64,000 nt of DNA from Pirellulales bacterium (GTDB taxonomy: Bacteria; Planctomycetota; Planctomycetia; Pirellulales; JAICIG01), in the NCBI GenBank assembly GCA_040901675.1, contig JBBDYJ010000038.1, forward strand, positions 32,001 through 96,000. The letters are read 5' to 3'. Positions 49,362 through 58,733 of this stretch are shown one piece after another. The translations under genes and the position numbers were made by a program. The number at the start of each line of letters is the position of its first letter. Position 1 is the stretch's first letter. Below the pieces are notes generated by a model. It worked only from the letters and a program-made list of their open reading frames with translations. It was not told where the DNA came from and did no database searches.

Positions 49362-52300
49362 TCAGTTCGCCGGCAGGGCTTCTTGGGGCATCCGCTTGAA
49401 CATCACGTACAGGCAGGGAACGACCAGCAGCGAGAGTGCGGTCGCCCCCAGCACGCCTCCGATAATGGCCCGCGCCAGCGGCATGTTGGCCTCGCCGCCG
49501 CCAAAACCGAAAGCCATGGGCAACAGCGCAAGCCACGTCGTGACGGAGGTCATCAGGATCGGCCGCATCCGGACCTGCGCGGCATCGACAATCGCCTCTT
49601 GAACTCCCAACCCCTCGCGGAGGCGGTGGTTGGCGAAATCGACCAGCACGATCGAGTACTCGACCACGATCCCCACCATCATCACGATTCCCATGAAGGC
49701 CATGATCGAAAGACTCGTTCCGGTCAGGTACAACAGCGCCACCACGCCCACGAACCCCAGCGGCACGGTGAGCATGACCACGAAAGGATCCGCGAAGCTG
49801 CGGAACTGCGCCACCATGACCAGGTAGACGAGCAAGCTGGCGATTACCAGCCCGCCGGAGAACTGGGCGAACGATTCGCGCATGCTACGGACCTCGCCCT
49901 GCATCTCGAAGGCGTATCCCTTGCCGGCGAACTTTTCGCCCTCGACCTGGTAGACGCGCCCCCGCTCCGTGCGGCCGGCCTTGGCCCCCAACTCCGGATT
50001 GGCCTCCAACCGCCGCTCGATCGCCGCCACCACCGAGCCCACATCGAAGCCCGGCAGCACGTTGGCGTACACGTCCGTGGCGCGGGTGATGTTGTGATGG
50101 TTGATCACGGCCGGGCCGGTCGTGCGCTCGATCCGCGCCAGGTTCCGCAGCCGGGCCGGTTCGCTGCTGTTCACCCCGGTGATCGGGATGTCGAGCAACG
50201 TATCGAGCGAATTGATGTCTTCCTCCCGATACTGCACGCCCATGAAGTAGTGGTTCCCGTTGCGCTCGTCGATCCAGAAAGCCGGGTCGAAGTTGATCGA
50301 GCTGTTGGTGGCGCTCACCAGGTTCTTCATCACGTTCTCGGGCGTCACTCCCTGGTACGCCGCCAGCACGCGGTCCATGTTCACTTGCAGAATCGGGTAG
50401 TCCATCCGCTGCGCGATTCGCACGTCGGCAGCCCCCTCGACTTGCCGCGCCTCGTCGCGGATCATCACGGCGATCTCCTGCGCGGTGTCGAGATTCGATC
50501 CCGTCACCTGGAAGTGAATGGGCGACGGCTCCCCCATGTTCAACGCCGCCGTCATCATGCCGCCCGTGTCGAACGCGAATTCCACCTCCGGGAACCGCCG
50601 CGTCAACTCGCGGCGCAGGCGGTCCACGTACTCGAATGTGCCCGGCTGGCCGGCCTTCCCCTTGAGCTGCACCAGGATAAAGGCGTCCATCGGGCCCGTG
50701 TTGGGCGTGTAGGCGGCCGGCCAGTCCATCAGCACGCCGATGTTGGAAATCAGGATCTGCATGTTCGATTCAGGAACCTGCTCGTCGCCCAGGGCAAAAG
50801 CGGGGTCGGGCCGGCCGATCTCGGCGATCAGCGCCTGTTCGATCTCGTCGATCCTGGCTTCGGTCCGCTCGATCCGCGTTCCCGACGGCATCCGCGCATA
50901 GATGGTGAACTGGCCCGCGTCGACCGGCGGGAACAGCTCGGTCCCCAGCCGCGTCAGGCCCACCACCGAGACCACGAACAGCACGGCGGCCGCCAGCACC
51001 ACGGCACGCCGCGCCCGCAGCACGCCCCGCAGCAGCCGCCCGTAGGCCCGCACCAACCCGCCGGCGCGCTCGGTTCCCCCGCCCGCCGGCACGCGCAGAA
51101 AGCGCGCGCAATAGGCCGGCACGATCGTGATCGACAGCAGGTAGGAGGCGGCGATGGCGATGCTGGCCGAGACTGCCAGCGGCGTGAACAGGAACTTAGC
51201 CAGCCCCGACAAAAACACGATCGGATAAAAGACGACGATGAACGTAATCGTCGAGACCAGGATCGGCAGGGCCACTTCACGCGTGCCGTCCAGCGCGGCC
51301 TCGAATGGCTTCTTGCCCATCTGCGCATGCCGCACCACGTTTTCCAAAACCACGATCGACTGGTCGACCAGGATGCCGATGGCCAAGGCCAGCCCACCCA
51401 GCGTCATGGCGTTGATCGTGTCGCCCGTGTAGAAAAGCCCGACAACCGCCGCCAGGATGGCCAAGGGAATCGCCAACACGATGATCAGCGTCGATCGCAG
51501 GCTGCGGAGGAACAGGAGCACGACGACGCCGGCCAGCACGGCCCCCAAGCCGGCCGCGATTTGCAATCCTTGGATGCTCTGCCGGACGCCAACCGATTGG
51601 TCCATGGCCACCGAGAGCACCAGTCCCTGGATCTTCGGGTCGTCGGCGTTCATGTCCTTCAGCCGGCTCAGCATCTGGTCCAGCCGGTCCTTGATCGAGT
51701 CGACGATCTGGATGGTGTTGGCCCCCGGCTGCCGGTAGATGGGAATGTACACCTGCCGAGCCCCGTTGACCCGCACCACGTTGGTCTGAATCTGGCCCGC
51801 GTCGCGCACCTCGCCGACGTCCTGCATCAGCACCGGAGCCCCGTCGACGATCTTGATGGGAGCCTGGTTCAGCTCCTCGACCAGCCGGGGAATCGAGTTG
51901 GTGAAGATCTGGAAATCGTAGTCCCCGATCTTGGCGTTCCCGGCGGGGATCAGCACGTTCTGTTCCCGCAGCGCCTGCTGCACGTCCATCAGCGAAAGCC
52001 CCCGCGCCTCCAGCTTCTCGCGGTCCACATAAGCCAGGATCCGCCGCAGCTTGCCGCCGTACACCGCCGGCGCAATCACTCCCTGGATCGACTGCAGCCG
52101 GTTGCGCAGCTCGAAATAGGCGATGTCGTACAGCTCCTTCTCGCTCATCTGCGGATTCGAGACCACCACCAGGCACAGCGGCACCGAGGCCGTGGGATCA
52201 AACGGCATCACCATCGGCGGGATCGTGCCCGGCGGAAGGTAGTACATGTCGCTCACGGCATAGCTGGTCACCTGCGACATGGCCGTGTCCATCGAGATGT

Positions 52301-52610
52301 TCTCGTGGAAAAAGTCCTTGACCACGGAGACGCCCAGCATCGCCTTGCCTTCCTGGTGCTCGATTCCCATCGACTGCCCCGTCCAGCGCTCCATCCGGCT
52401 CATGATGTCCTTTTCCATCACTTCCGGCGGCATGCCCGGATAGAAGGTCAGGATTTGCACCGCCGGAGTCTTGAACGTCGGCAGCAAATCCCGCGGGATC
52501 GGCTGGATCCCCAACGCCGGCACCCCCACGTAGGAGACGCTGCCCAGCACGAGAATGGCCAGCGCCGCCACGATCACCAGGTGCGGGTTATTGAGCGCGG
52601 TTCGGATCAT
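49362..52610 (-). CDS. RND efflux permease
   Basis: 1082 aa; INAMTLGGLALAIGILVD, RMRPILMT, PLARAIIGG. Confidence 0.95.
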   Translation of the reverse strand: MIRTALNNPHLVIVAALAILVLGSVSYVGVPALGIQPIPRDLLPTFKTPAVQILTFYPGMPPEVMEKDIMSRMERWTGQSMGIEHQEGKAMLGVSVVKDFFHENISMDTAMSQVTSYAVSDMYYLPPGTIPPMVMPFDPTASVPLCLVVVSNPQMSEKELYDIAYFELRNRLQSIQGVIAPAVYGGKLRRILAYVDREKLEARGLSLMDVQQALREQNVLIPAGNAKIGDYDFQIFTNSIPRLVEELNQAPIKIVDGAPVLMQDVGEVRDAGQIQTNVVRVNGARQVYIPIYRQPGANTIQIVDSIKDRLDQMLSRLKDMNADDPKIQGLVLSVAMDQSVGVRQSIQGLQIAAGLGAVLAGVVVLLFLRSLRSTLIIVLAIPLAILAAVVGLFYTGDTINAMTLGGLALAIGILVDQSIVVLENVVRHAQMGKKPFEAALDGTREVALPILVSTITFIVVFYPIVFLSGLAKFLFTPLAVSASIAIAASYLLSITIVPAYCARFLRVPAGGGTERAGGLVRAYGRLLRGVLRARRAVVLAAAVLFVVSVVGLTRLGTELFPPVDAGQFTIYARMPSGTRIERTEARIDEIEQALIAEIGRPDPAFALGDEQVPESNMQILISNIGVLMDWPAAYTPNTGPMDAFILVQLKGKAGQPGTFEYVDRLRRELTRRFPEVEFAFDTGGMMTAALNMGEPSPIHFQVTGSNLDTAQEIAVMIRDEARQVEGAADVRIAQRMDYPILQVNMDRVLAAYQGVTPENVMKNLVSATNSSINFDPAFWIDERNGNHYFMGVQYREEDINSLDTLLDIPITGVNSSEPARLRNLARIERTTGPAVINHHNITRATDVYANVLPGFDVGSVVAAIERRLEANPELGAKAGRTERGRVYQVEGEKFAGKGYAFEMQGEVRSMRESFAQFSGGLVIASLLVYLVMVAQFRSFADPFVVMLTVPLGFVGVVALLYLTGTSLSIMAFMGIVMMVGIVVEYSIVLVDFANHRLREGLGVQEAIVDAAQVRMRPILMTSVTTWLALLPMAFGFGGGEANMPLARAIIGGVLGATALSLLVVPCLYVMFKRMPQEALPAN

Positions 52611-53497
52611 GGGGAGCCCGGGGTCGCCTCTGCGGCAAATCGAGTTGGATTAACGTCAGCGAACGAGTCGAAGGCAACGAGTCTCTGCCGCGGCGCTTCG
52701 TTCTGCGGTGCCGCGCGCCCGGAATGATGGGCCCCGTAGCCGCGCAGGATCTCCACCAGCACGTCGCGCGGCGCCCGCCCCAGCACCAGCACAACGTGCC
52801 CGTGCAGCAGGCCGGCGACCATCTGGTACCGCCCTTCCCGGCACTCGTGTAACCGTCCCTCGGCCGGCAGATGCTCCCGCATTTGCGGAAACGCGCGCAA
52901 GCTTTGAAAAGGCAAGACGAATACCGAAACAGGCTGCCGGTCCACCTCGCCCACGATGTGCACTCCCAGCTCGCGCTTCAGGCGGCACAGGCCTCCCCCC
53001 TTGAGCTCAAAACCTGCCTGCCCCCGAGGCGGGCAGCGCACCGCAAACCCGGCCCTGGGGCGCAATCGCTGCTCGACCTCCTCCACCGAGCTGCTCACCA
53101 CTTCGGCCTGCCAAGAGCCGCTCACGTAGTTCTCGTGCTCCGTCGCCGCCAGCCGACCCAGGTTGTCCGAATCGCCCAGCCGGGTGAGCGACCACAAGCC
53201 GACGGCCACGACGACCGACGCGGCCAAGGCCAACATCCACAGCCCCTTCGAGCGGCTGGCGGGCACCGCCGCATCGCTGAGCAACTGCTGTTCGATCGTC
53301 TGCCACGTGCTGGCGTTCGCCTCGCCGCGTGCCAAGAGGTCGTCCAGCAGGCCCTGCGTCCTTGCCTCGCGGGCGAACCAGGCCTTGCACTGCGGGCACG
53401 TCGCGAGGTGGTCGCTGATTTGAAAGTGCAGCTCCGCTCCTCCCTCGCTGTCGTAATAGAGATGGAAGAATTTGCGGATGTCGTTGCAGTTGGTCAT
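52607..53497 (-). CDS. zf-HC2 anti-sigma factor
   Basis: MTNC...YYDSE...HLATCPQC, TM helix, Cys/His-containing C-terminal domain; ATGA overlaps with sigma and RND genes. Confidence 0.85.
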   Translation of the reverse strand: MTNCNDIRKFFHLYYDSEGGAELHFQISDHLATCPQCKAWFAREARTQGLLDDLLARGEANASTWQTIEQQLLSDAAVPASRSKGLWMLALAASVVVAVGLWSLTRLGDSDNLGRLAATEHENYVSGSWQAEVVSSSVEEVEQRLRPRAGFAVRCPPRGQAGFELKGGGLCRLKRELGVHIVGEVDRQPVSVFVLPFQSLRAFPQMREHLPAEGRLHECREGRYQMVAGLLHGHVVLVLGRAPRDVLVEILRGYGAHHSGRAAPQNEAPRQRLVAFDSFADVNPTRFAAEATPGSP

Positions 53498-54126
53498 GCG
53501 TCTTCTCCAGCCGGTGGGGCGGAAGGAGGTGGGCTCGCCGAGGGGCGGGCGGCCTCGGCCGGATCGGTCCACCTGTTCTCCATTGCGTACTCGCTCAGAA
53601 ATGTCCGCATCCGCCGCCTCGCGCGCGACAGGTACCCCATAACGCTCGCCACCGGTATCTCCAACATCTCGTGAATCTCGTGGTAGCTGAACTCGCCGAT
53701 CGACTTGAGCAGCAAGCAGGAACGCTCCGCGGCACTCAGCCGGGCCAGGGCCTGGACCAGCGGATCCTGCAGCAGTTCGAGCAGCCGCTCGGGATCATTA
53801 TCCAGCAGACTTTCGACGGCATCGTCCGCTTGCGGCTGCTCGCGGGCCTCCTCCAGGCCCATCTCCTCCGGTATCTCGGCCAGCAGCAGCGGCTCGTGCC
53901 GGCGGTTCGCGTTGAACACCTGGTACGTCACGAAGCGGAACATCCAAGCCTTGAAGTTCGTGCCGGGCGAAAAGTTGCCAAACTCCTGAAATGCCTTCAG
54001 CACCGCGTCCTGCAACACGTCCTCGACGTGTGCCGGGTTGCGCAGCATCCGCCTCGCATACAACTGAAGTTGTTGCTCGATGGGCTTCAGCAGCTTGACG
54101 AAGCTCGGGGCGTCGGCGCGATTCAA
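53494..54126 (-). CDS. ECF RNA polymerase sigma factor
   Basis: EDVLQD...KA...F.PGTNFKAWMF; FSYHEI..MLEIPVASVMGYLSRAR; TTG start. Confidence 0.92.
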   Translation of the reverse strand: MNRADAPSFVKLLKPIEQQLQLYARRMLRNPAHVEDVLQDAVLKAFQEFGNFSPGTNFKAWMFRFVTYQVFNANRRHEPLLLAEIPEEMGLEEAREQPQADDAVESLLDNDPERLLELLQDPLVQALARLSAAERSCLLLKSIGEFSYHEIHEMLEIPVASVMGYLSRARRRMRTFLSEYAMENRWTDPAEAARPSASPPPSAPPAGEDA

Positions 54127-54148
54127 CGTTCGCTGTTTACCAATCGGC

Positions 54149-54219
54149 GCGGCGGTGCGAAGGTCCTATCTATACAACGTTTCGAACCCGCCAAAACCAG
54201 ACAGGCGGTCGAAAAAAGC
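54149..54219 (-). promoter_or_regulatory. Putative ECF-type promoter, copy B (upstream of sigma gene)
   Basis: 60/71 identical to 38587-38657. Confidence 0.75.
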
Positions 54220-54476
54220 CGATCCGGCGGCGGCGTGCCCCGCCTCAAACGCCGGCTGGCAAGCGAGTTGCGCCCCAAACGCCCCGAATGGCTCCCCGCC
54301 GGTGCGCCAGGCCGAATAGACGGGCGACCGAGGGCTAGTGGTGGTACACCTTGCAGTCCGGCAGCCTGTTTCGCAGGGCCTGGGCGCCTCTCGGCGTTAC
54401 GCCTGTGCCACCAAGACTGACTTGACGAAGCCCTGTCAGATCGCCGAGCGATTCCGCCCCAACATCGGTAATCGAG

Positions 54477-55982
54477 TCACGACGCCGCGAACAGCTCGGG
54501 GCGGACGTGCCCGTCGCCGGCTACCAGCGCGGGGCGGCCGAGTGGATCGGCAACGGTCGTCGAGGGATCGATCCCCAACAGATAAAGCACGCTGGCCAGC
54601 ACGTCCTTGGGCGAGACGGGCGTGTGCCGCACGTCGCCGCCGTGCGCGTCGCTCGCCCCCACCACGCGCCCCCGCGCAACGCCGCCTCCCGCAAACGCCG
54701 CCGAGTAGACCCGCGACCAGTGGTGGCGGCCGGCCCCCTTGGGCTTCGAGTCGATCTGCGGCGTGCGGCCATGCTCGCTGATGCAGACCACCAGCGTCTC
54801 GTCCAACAGGCCGCGCTGGTCCAGGTCCTCGATCAGCGCCGAATAAGCCTGGTCGAACACGGGCAGCAGGTATTCCTTCAGCCGCGGGAAATGGTTGGCG
54901 TGCGTGTCCCAGCACGAGCCCCCGAACGGCTCGAACGGATCCCAGAACACCGACACGAACTTGCCGCCGGCCTCCACCAGCCGCCGCGCCGCCAGCGACG
55001 CCTGGCCGAACAGCGTCAGGCCGTACCGCTCGCGCATGGCCGCCGTCTCGCGGTGTACGTCCAGCGCCTCGCGGACCTTGCCGGAGAGGATCAACGACCA
55101 GGCGAGCTGCCGGTATTGGTCGAACGTTTGCACCCGCCGATCGGAATCGAGCCAGGCCGACGCCTGGTCGAACTGCGCCAACAGCGCCTGCCGCATGCCG
55201 ACTTGCTCCAGCGACAACCCCGCCGGCAGCTCGCCGCTGGCGGGAAGCAGAAAATTGCTCTCGGCCGGCACGCCCGCGAACGGATCGTAGACGTCGTCGG
55301 TTTGTCCGTCGGTCAGCTTGGGCACGGCCTTGGTTCCGCGGCCATTGAAATCGGTCCAGACCGGGTCGAAGGCCTGCCCGAGAAAGGCCGCGTAGGGTCC
55401 GGCCAGCGTGGGCAGCGAGCTCTTGGACCCGAACTGCCACGGCAGCCCGATATTGCGGGGCATGGCGGGCAAGCGGCCGCCCGCCCGCTGGTGCTCGACG
55501 TAGTCGACCACCGAGCCGATGAACGGCCAGTGTTCAGGCGCCCGCGGGTTGGCCTCGATGGCGGGCGTGTAGGTCGGCATGCCGCTCAGGGCGTAGGCCA
55601 CACCGTGTACCGGGTAGGGATGCGTCATCGAGCGCACCACCGTGATCTTGTCCATCACCTGGGCCACCCGCGGCAATCCCTCGCAGATCTCGACGCCCGC
55701 CACGCTGGTGCCGATCGCTTTCATTTCGCCCTGCACTTCGGCGGGGGCCAGCGGCTTGGGGTCGAACGTCTCGTGCTGCGGCGGCGAGCCGAAGGGAAAC
55801 AGCAGGATGCACGCCTTGGCCTTGCCGAAGCTGGCGGACCGCTCGTTACGCGGCTGCTCGGCCGCCAGCGCCAGGGCATCGCTCAGGCCGAGACCGAGCA
55901 TCCCCAGGCCGCCCACCTGGAGCAAATCCCGGCGGCTGAACCCATCGCAGAGCGTCTTGTTCGAACCCAGCAGTCGCAGCAT
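54477..55982 (-). CDS. DUF1501 family protein
   Basis: CDGFSRRDLLQVG, ETFDPKP, WDTH, EHGRTP, GRHHW. Confidence 0.9.
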   Translation of the reverse strand: MLRLLGSNKTLCDGFSRRDLLQVGGLGMLGLGLSDALALAAEQPRNERSASFGKAKACILLFPFGSPPQHETFDPKPLAPAEVQGEMKAIGTSVAGVEICEGLPRVAQVMDKITVVRSMTHPYPVHGVAYALSGMPTYTPAIEANPRAPEHWPFIGSVVDYVEHQRAGGRLPAMPRNIGLPWQFGSKSSLPTLAGPYAAFLGQAFDPVWTDFNGRGTKAVPKLTDGQTDDVYDPFAGVPAESNFLLPASGELPAGLSLEQVGMRQALLAQFDQASAWLDSDRRVQTFDQYRQLAWSLILSGKVREALDVHRETAAMRERYGLTLFGQASLAARRLVEAGGKFVSVFWDPFEPFGGSCWDTHANHFPRLKEYLLPVFDQAYSALIEDLDQRGLLDETLVVCISEHGRTPQIDSKPKGAGRHHWSRVYSAAFAGGGVARGRVVGASDAHGGDVRHTPVSPKDVLASVLYLLGIDPSTTVADPLGRPALVAGDGHVRPELFAAS

Positions 55983-56078
55983 AAACCGTCAAGCTCTCAG
56001 CTATCCGTTTTCAGCCCCACGGGCCGCCATGAGTGTACCGCATCATCGAAGTAGTGTACCCCTTCCTCCTTCCTCATC

Positions 56079-56375
56079 GGGTGCCTGGTGGCAGAGCGGA
56101 CTTCGGCGAGCTCAGTCGAGTCGTAGCGTGCCCCAGTCTTCGTGGTCCGTGTTCCTCCTTCGTCCTTCCGCCTTCTGCCTTCGTCCTTCTGCCTTTATTC
56201 CTCCTTCCTCCTTCCCTCCCCGCGGGTGCCTGGGGCAAAGCGGACTTCGGCGAGCTCAGTCGAGTCGTAGCGTGCCCCAGTCTTCGTCGTCCGTGTTCCT
56301 CCTTTGTCCTTCTGCCTTCTGCCTTCGTCCCTCTGCCTTCCTTCCTCCTTCCTCATTCCTCATTCCTCCTTCCCT
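56079..56375 (+). repeat. Tandem pair of composite REP-like elements with CT-rich tails
   Basis: Units start at 56079 and 56224; nearly identical cores. Confidence 0.8.
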
Positions 56376-57493
56376 CCGCGCGCCTCCACCGGCACCCATT
56401 TCCGCGCCGCCGGCCCGGTGTACCGCGACCGCGGCCGGATCAGCCGGTTGTTGTCCAACTGCTCGATCACGTGGGCGCTCCAGCCCACGACGCGGCTGAT
56501 CACGAACAGCGGCGTGTACAGCTCCACCGGCAACCCCAGGTAGTGATACAGCCGCGCACTGGGCCAATCGAGGTTGGGCGGCAGCTTCTTCTCGTCGCGC
56601 ACGATCGTCTCGATCGTCTCGGCCATCCGTTCCATGTCCTCGTGGCCGGTCTCCGCGGCCAGCTCCTGGCACAGCGTCTTGAGATAGGCCGCCCGCGGAT
56701 CGCCCGTCTTGTACACCCGGTGGCCGAAGCCCATGATCCGCCGCTTGGCGGCCAGCGCCTCGCGGACCCAGGCCTCGGCCCGCTCGGGACTGCCCACTTC
56801 GGCCAGCACCTCCATCACCCGCTCGTTGGCCCCGCCGTGCAACGGCCCTTTCAACGCGCCGATCGCCGCCGTAACCGCGGAGTGCAAATCCGACAGCGTC
56901 GAAGCCACCACCCGCGCGGTGAACGTCGACGCGTTGTACTCGTGCTCGGCATACAGAATCAGCGACACGTCCATCGCCTTCACCGACCGCGGCGTCGGAT
57001 CGCGGCGGTTCAGCATCCACAGCACGTTGGCCGCCAGCGAGCGATGCGGATCCGGCGCCACCGGCTCCTTGCCGGCCGTCAGCCGCTGCCGGGCCGCCAT
57101 CACCACCGGCAGTTGGGCCAGCAGCCGTTCGGCCTTGCGCACGTTGGCATCGTGGCTGTTGTCCGCGGCCTCCCGGTCCCAGTGTGCCAGCAGGCTGGCG
57201 CCGCTGCGCATCACGTCCATCAACGGCGCGCGGGTCTCGATCTGCCGCAGGATGTTGAGCACCGCTTGCGGCAGCGGCGCGGCCGCGGCTAGCCGCTGGC
57301 GGAAAGCGGCCAGTTGATCGGCGGTCGGCAGCTCGCCGTGCAGGATCAGGAAAGCGACCTCCTCGAACGTGGCGTGCTCCGCCAGCTCCTCGATGGAATA
57401 GCCGCGGTACTTGAGCCCGCCGGCCAGCGTGCTGACGGCCGTCTCGCCCGCCACGATCCCTTCCAACCCCGGGCTGTAAATCTCGTCGCTCAT
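56360..57493 (-). CDS. prpC: 2-methylcitrate synthase / citrate synthase family
   Basis: PGLEG, YRGY, YAEHEYNASTF, GPLHGGANE, GFGHRVYK, PNLD, LIRP; coupled to prpB. Confidence 0.85.
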   Translation of the reverse strand: MSDEIYSPGLEGIVAGETAVSTLAGGLKYRGYSIEELAEHATFEEVAFLILHGELPTADQLAAFRQRLAAAAPLPQAVLNILRQIETRAPLMDVMRSGASLLAHWDREAADNSHDANVRKAERLLAQLPVVMAARQRLTAGKEPVAPDPHRSLAANVLWMLNRRDPTPRSVKAMDVSLILYAEHEYNASTFTARVVASTLSDLHSAVTAAIGALKGPLHGGANERVMEVLAEVGSPERAEAWVREALAAKRRIMGFGHRVYKTGDPRAAYLKTLCQELAAETGHEDMERMAETIETIVRDEKKLPPNLDWPSARLYHYLGLPVELYTPLFVISRVVGWSAHVIEQLDNNRLIRPRSRYTGPAARKWVPVEARGGKEE

Positions 57494-58386
57494 TCGGCCT
57501 CTCCCAGAAACATCGCTCGGTCCGGCTCTTCGTATTCGTGGTAGCCCAGCAGGTCGTACAGTTCCTGCCGCGTCTGCATCAGGTCCAACAGCCCGTTTTG
57601 CGTGCCTTCGTTGACCATCAGCGCCAGCGCCGCCTCCACCGCCTTCATGGCCACCCGGAGCAGCGTCACCGGGTACAGCACGGCAGCGTAGCCCATCTCG
57701 GCCAGTTGATCGAGCGTCAACAGCGGGCTTTGGCCGAACTCCGTCATGTTGGCCACCAGCGGAGCGTCGATCGCAAGGGCGAACCGCTCGAATTCCTCTT
57801 CGCTGGCCAGCGCCTCCGGGAAGATCCAATCGGCGCCCGCCTCCAAATACTGCTCGGCCCGCGCCACGGCCGACTCGAACCCCTCCACCCCGCGCGCATC
57901 GGTGCGGGCCACGAGCACCAGGTCCGCATCGGCCTTCGCCGCCCTGGCTGCCCGCAGCTTGGCGCACATCTCGCCCGTCTCGACCAGCGTCTTGCCGCTC
58001 AGGTGGCCGCACCGTTTGGGCAGCCGCTGGTCTTCCAATTGAATGGCCGCCGCCCCGGCCGCCTCCAGCTCGACCACCGTGCGTTCGACGTTCACCGACT
58101 CGCCGAAGCCGGTGTCGGCATCGACGATCAGCGGGATCTTCACCCGCCGCGTCAGCCGCGCCGTCTGTTCGGCCAGCTCGGTGAGCGTGAACAGGCCCAC
58201 GTCGGGCAGCGCCAGCGTGCCGGCCGAGAAGGCGGCGCCCGACAGGTACATGGCCGAAAACCCGGCATCCTCGATCATCCGCCCGACCAGGGCATCGAAT
58301 GCGCCGGGAACGGCGATGGTCGAGTCGGCCACCGCCTCGCGCAGCACGCGGCCGGGAGTCAAACGATCCGGAGTAATGCCAGGCAC
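57490..58386 (-). CDS. prpB: Methylisocitrate lyase
   Basis: YLSGAA, VDADTGFG, EDQ..PKRCGH..GK, ARTDA, ANMTEFG; start approximate. Confidence 0.9.
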   Translation of the reverse strand: MPGITPDRLTPGRVLREAVADSTIAVPGAFDALVGRMIEDAGFSAMYLSGAAFSAGTLALPDVGLFTLTELAEQTARLTRRVKIPLIVDADTGFGESVNVERTVVELEAAGAAAIQLEDQRLPKRCGHLSGKTLVETGEMCAKLRAARAAKADADLVLVARTDARGVEGFESAVARAEQYLEAGADWIFPEALASEEEFERFALAIDAPLVANMTEFGQSPLLTLDQLAEMGYAAVLYPVTLLRVAMKAVEAALALMVNEGTQNGLLDLMQTRQELYDLLGYHEYEEPDRAMFLGEAE

Positions 58387-58511
58387 CGCTTGCTCCTGAT
58401 CGGCGTCACGTATCGAGTTCAACCGTCTGTCCGAATAATAGGGGGCCGACCGCGCCCAACGCAAGTGCCGAGCCATCATCCACCACCACGACCGCCTTCC
58501 CAGCCGCACGC

Positions 58512-58660
58512 GGGTGCCTGGGACAAAGCGTCAGCGTGCCCCAGTCTTCGTTCGTATCCCCCCGCGTTCACCTTGTCCCCTTGTCGCCTTGTCGATTCCT
58601 CCTTCCTCCTTCCTCCTTCTGCCCTCTGCCTTCTGCCTTCTGCCTTCCTTCCTCCTCCCT
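58512..58660 (+). repeat. Minimal REP-like element plus CT-rich tail
   Basis: GGGTGCCTGGGACAAAGCGTCAGCGTGCCCCAGTC. Confidence 0.7.
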
Positions 58661-58733
58661 GCCCTAGCCGCCGCCGCCTCAGACCGTTACGCTTGCCGTT
58701 TCACGAACCGCTTGCCACGCCTGCGCACCCGGC

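Noticed and set aside
45924..52727. Long plus-strand ORFs 45924-47276 and 48747-52727 (1326 aa)
   Set aside because: Antisense shadows of the TolC/MFP/RND genes caused by high GC3; no recognisable motifs.
56079..56375. Possible CRISPR array
   Set aside because: Only two units, the spacers are low-complexity and similar to each other, there are no cas genes, and the element is dispersed elsewhere.
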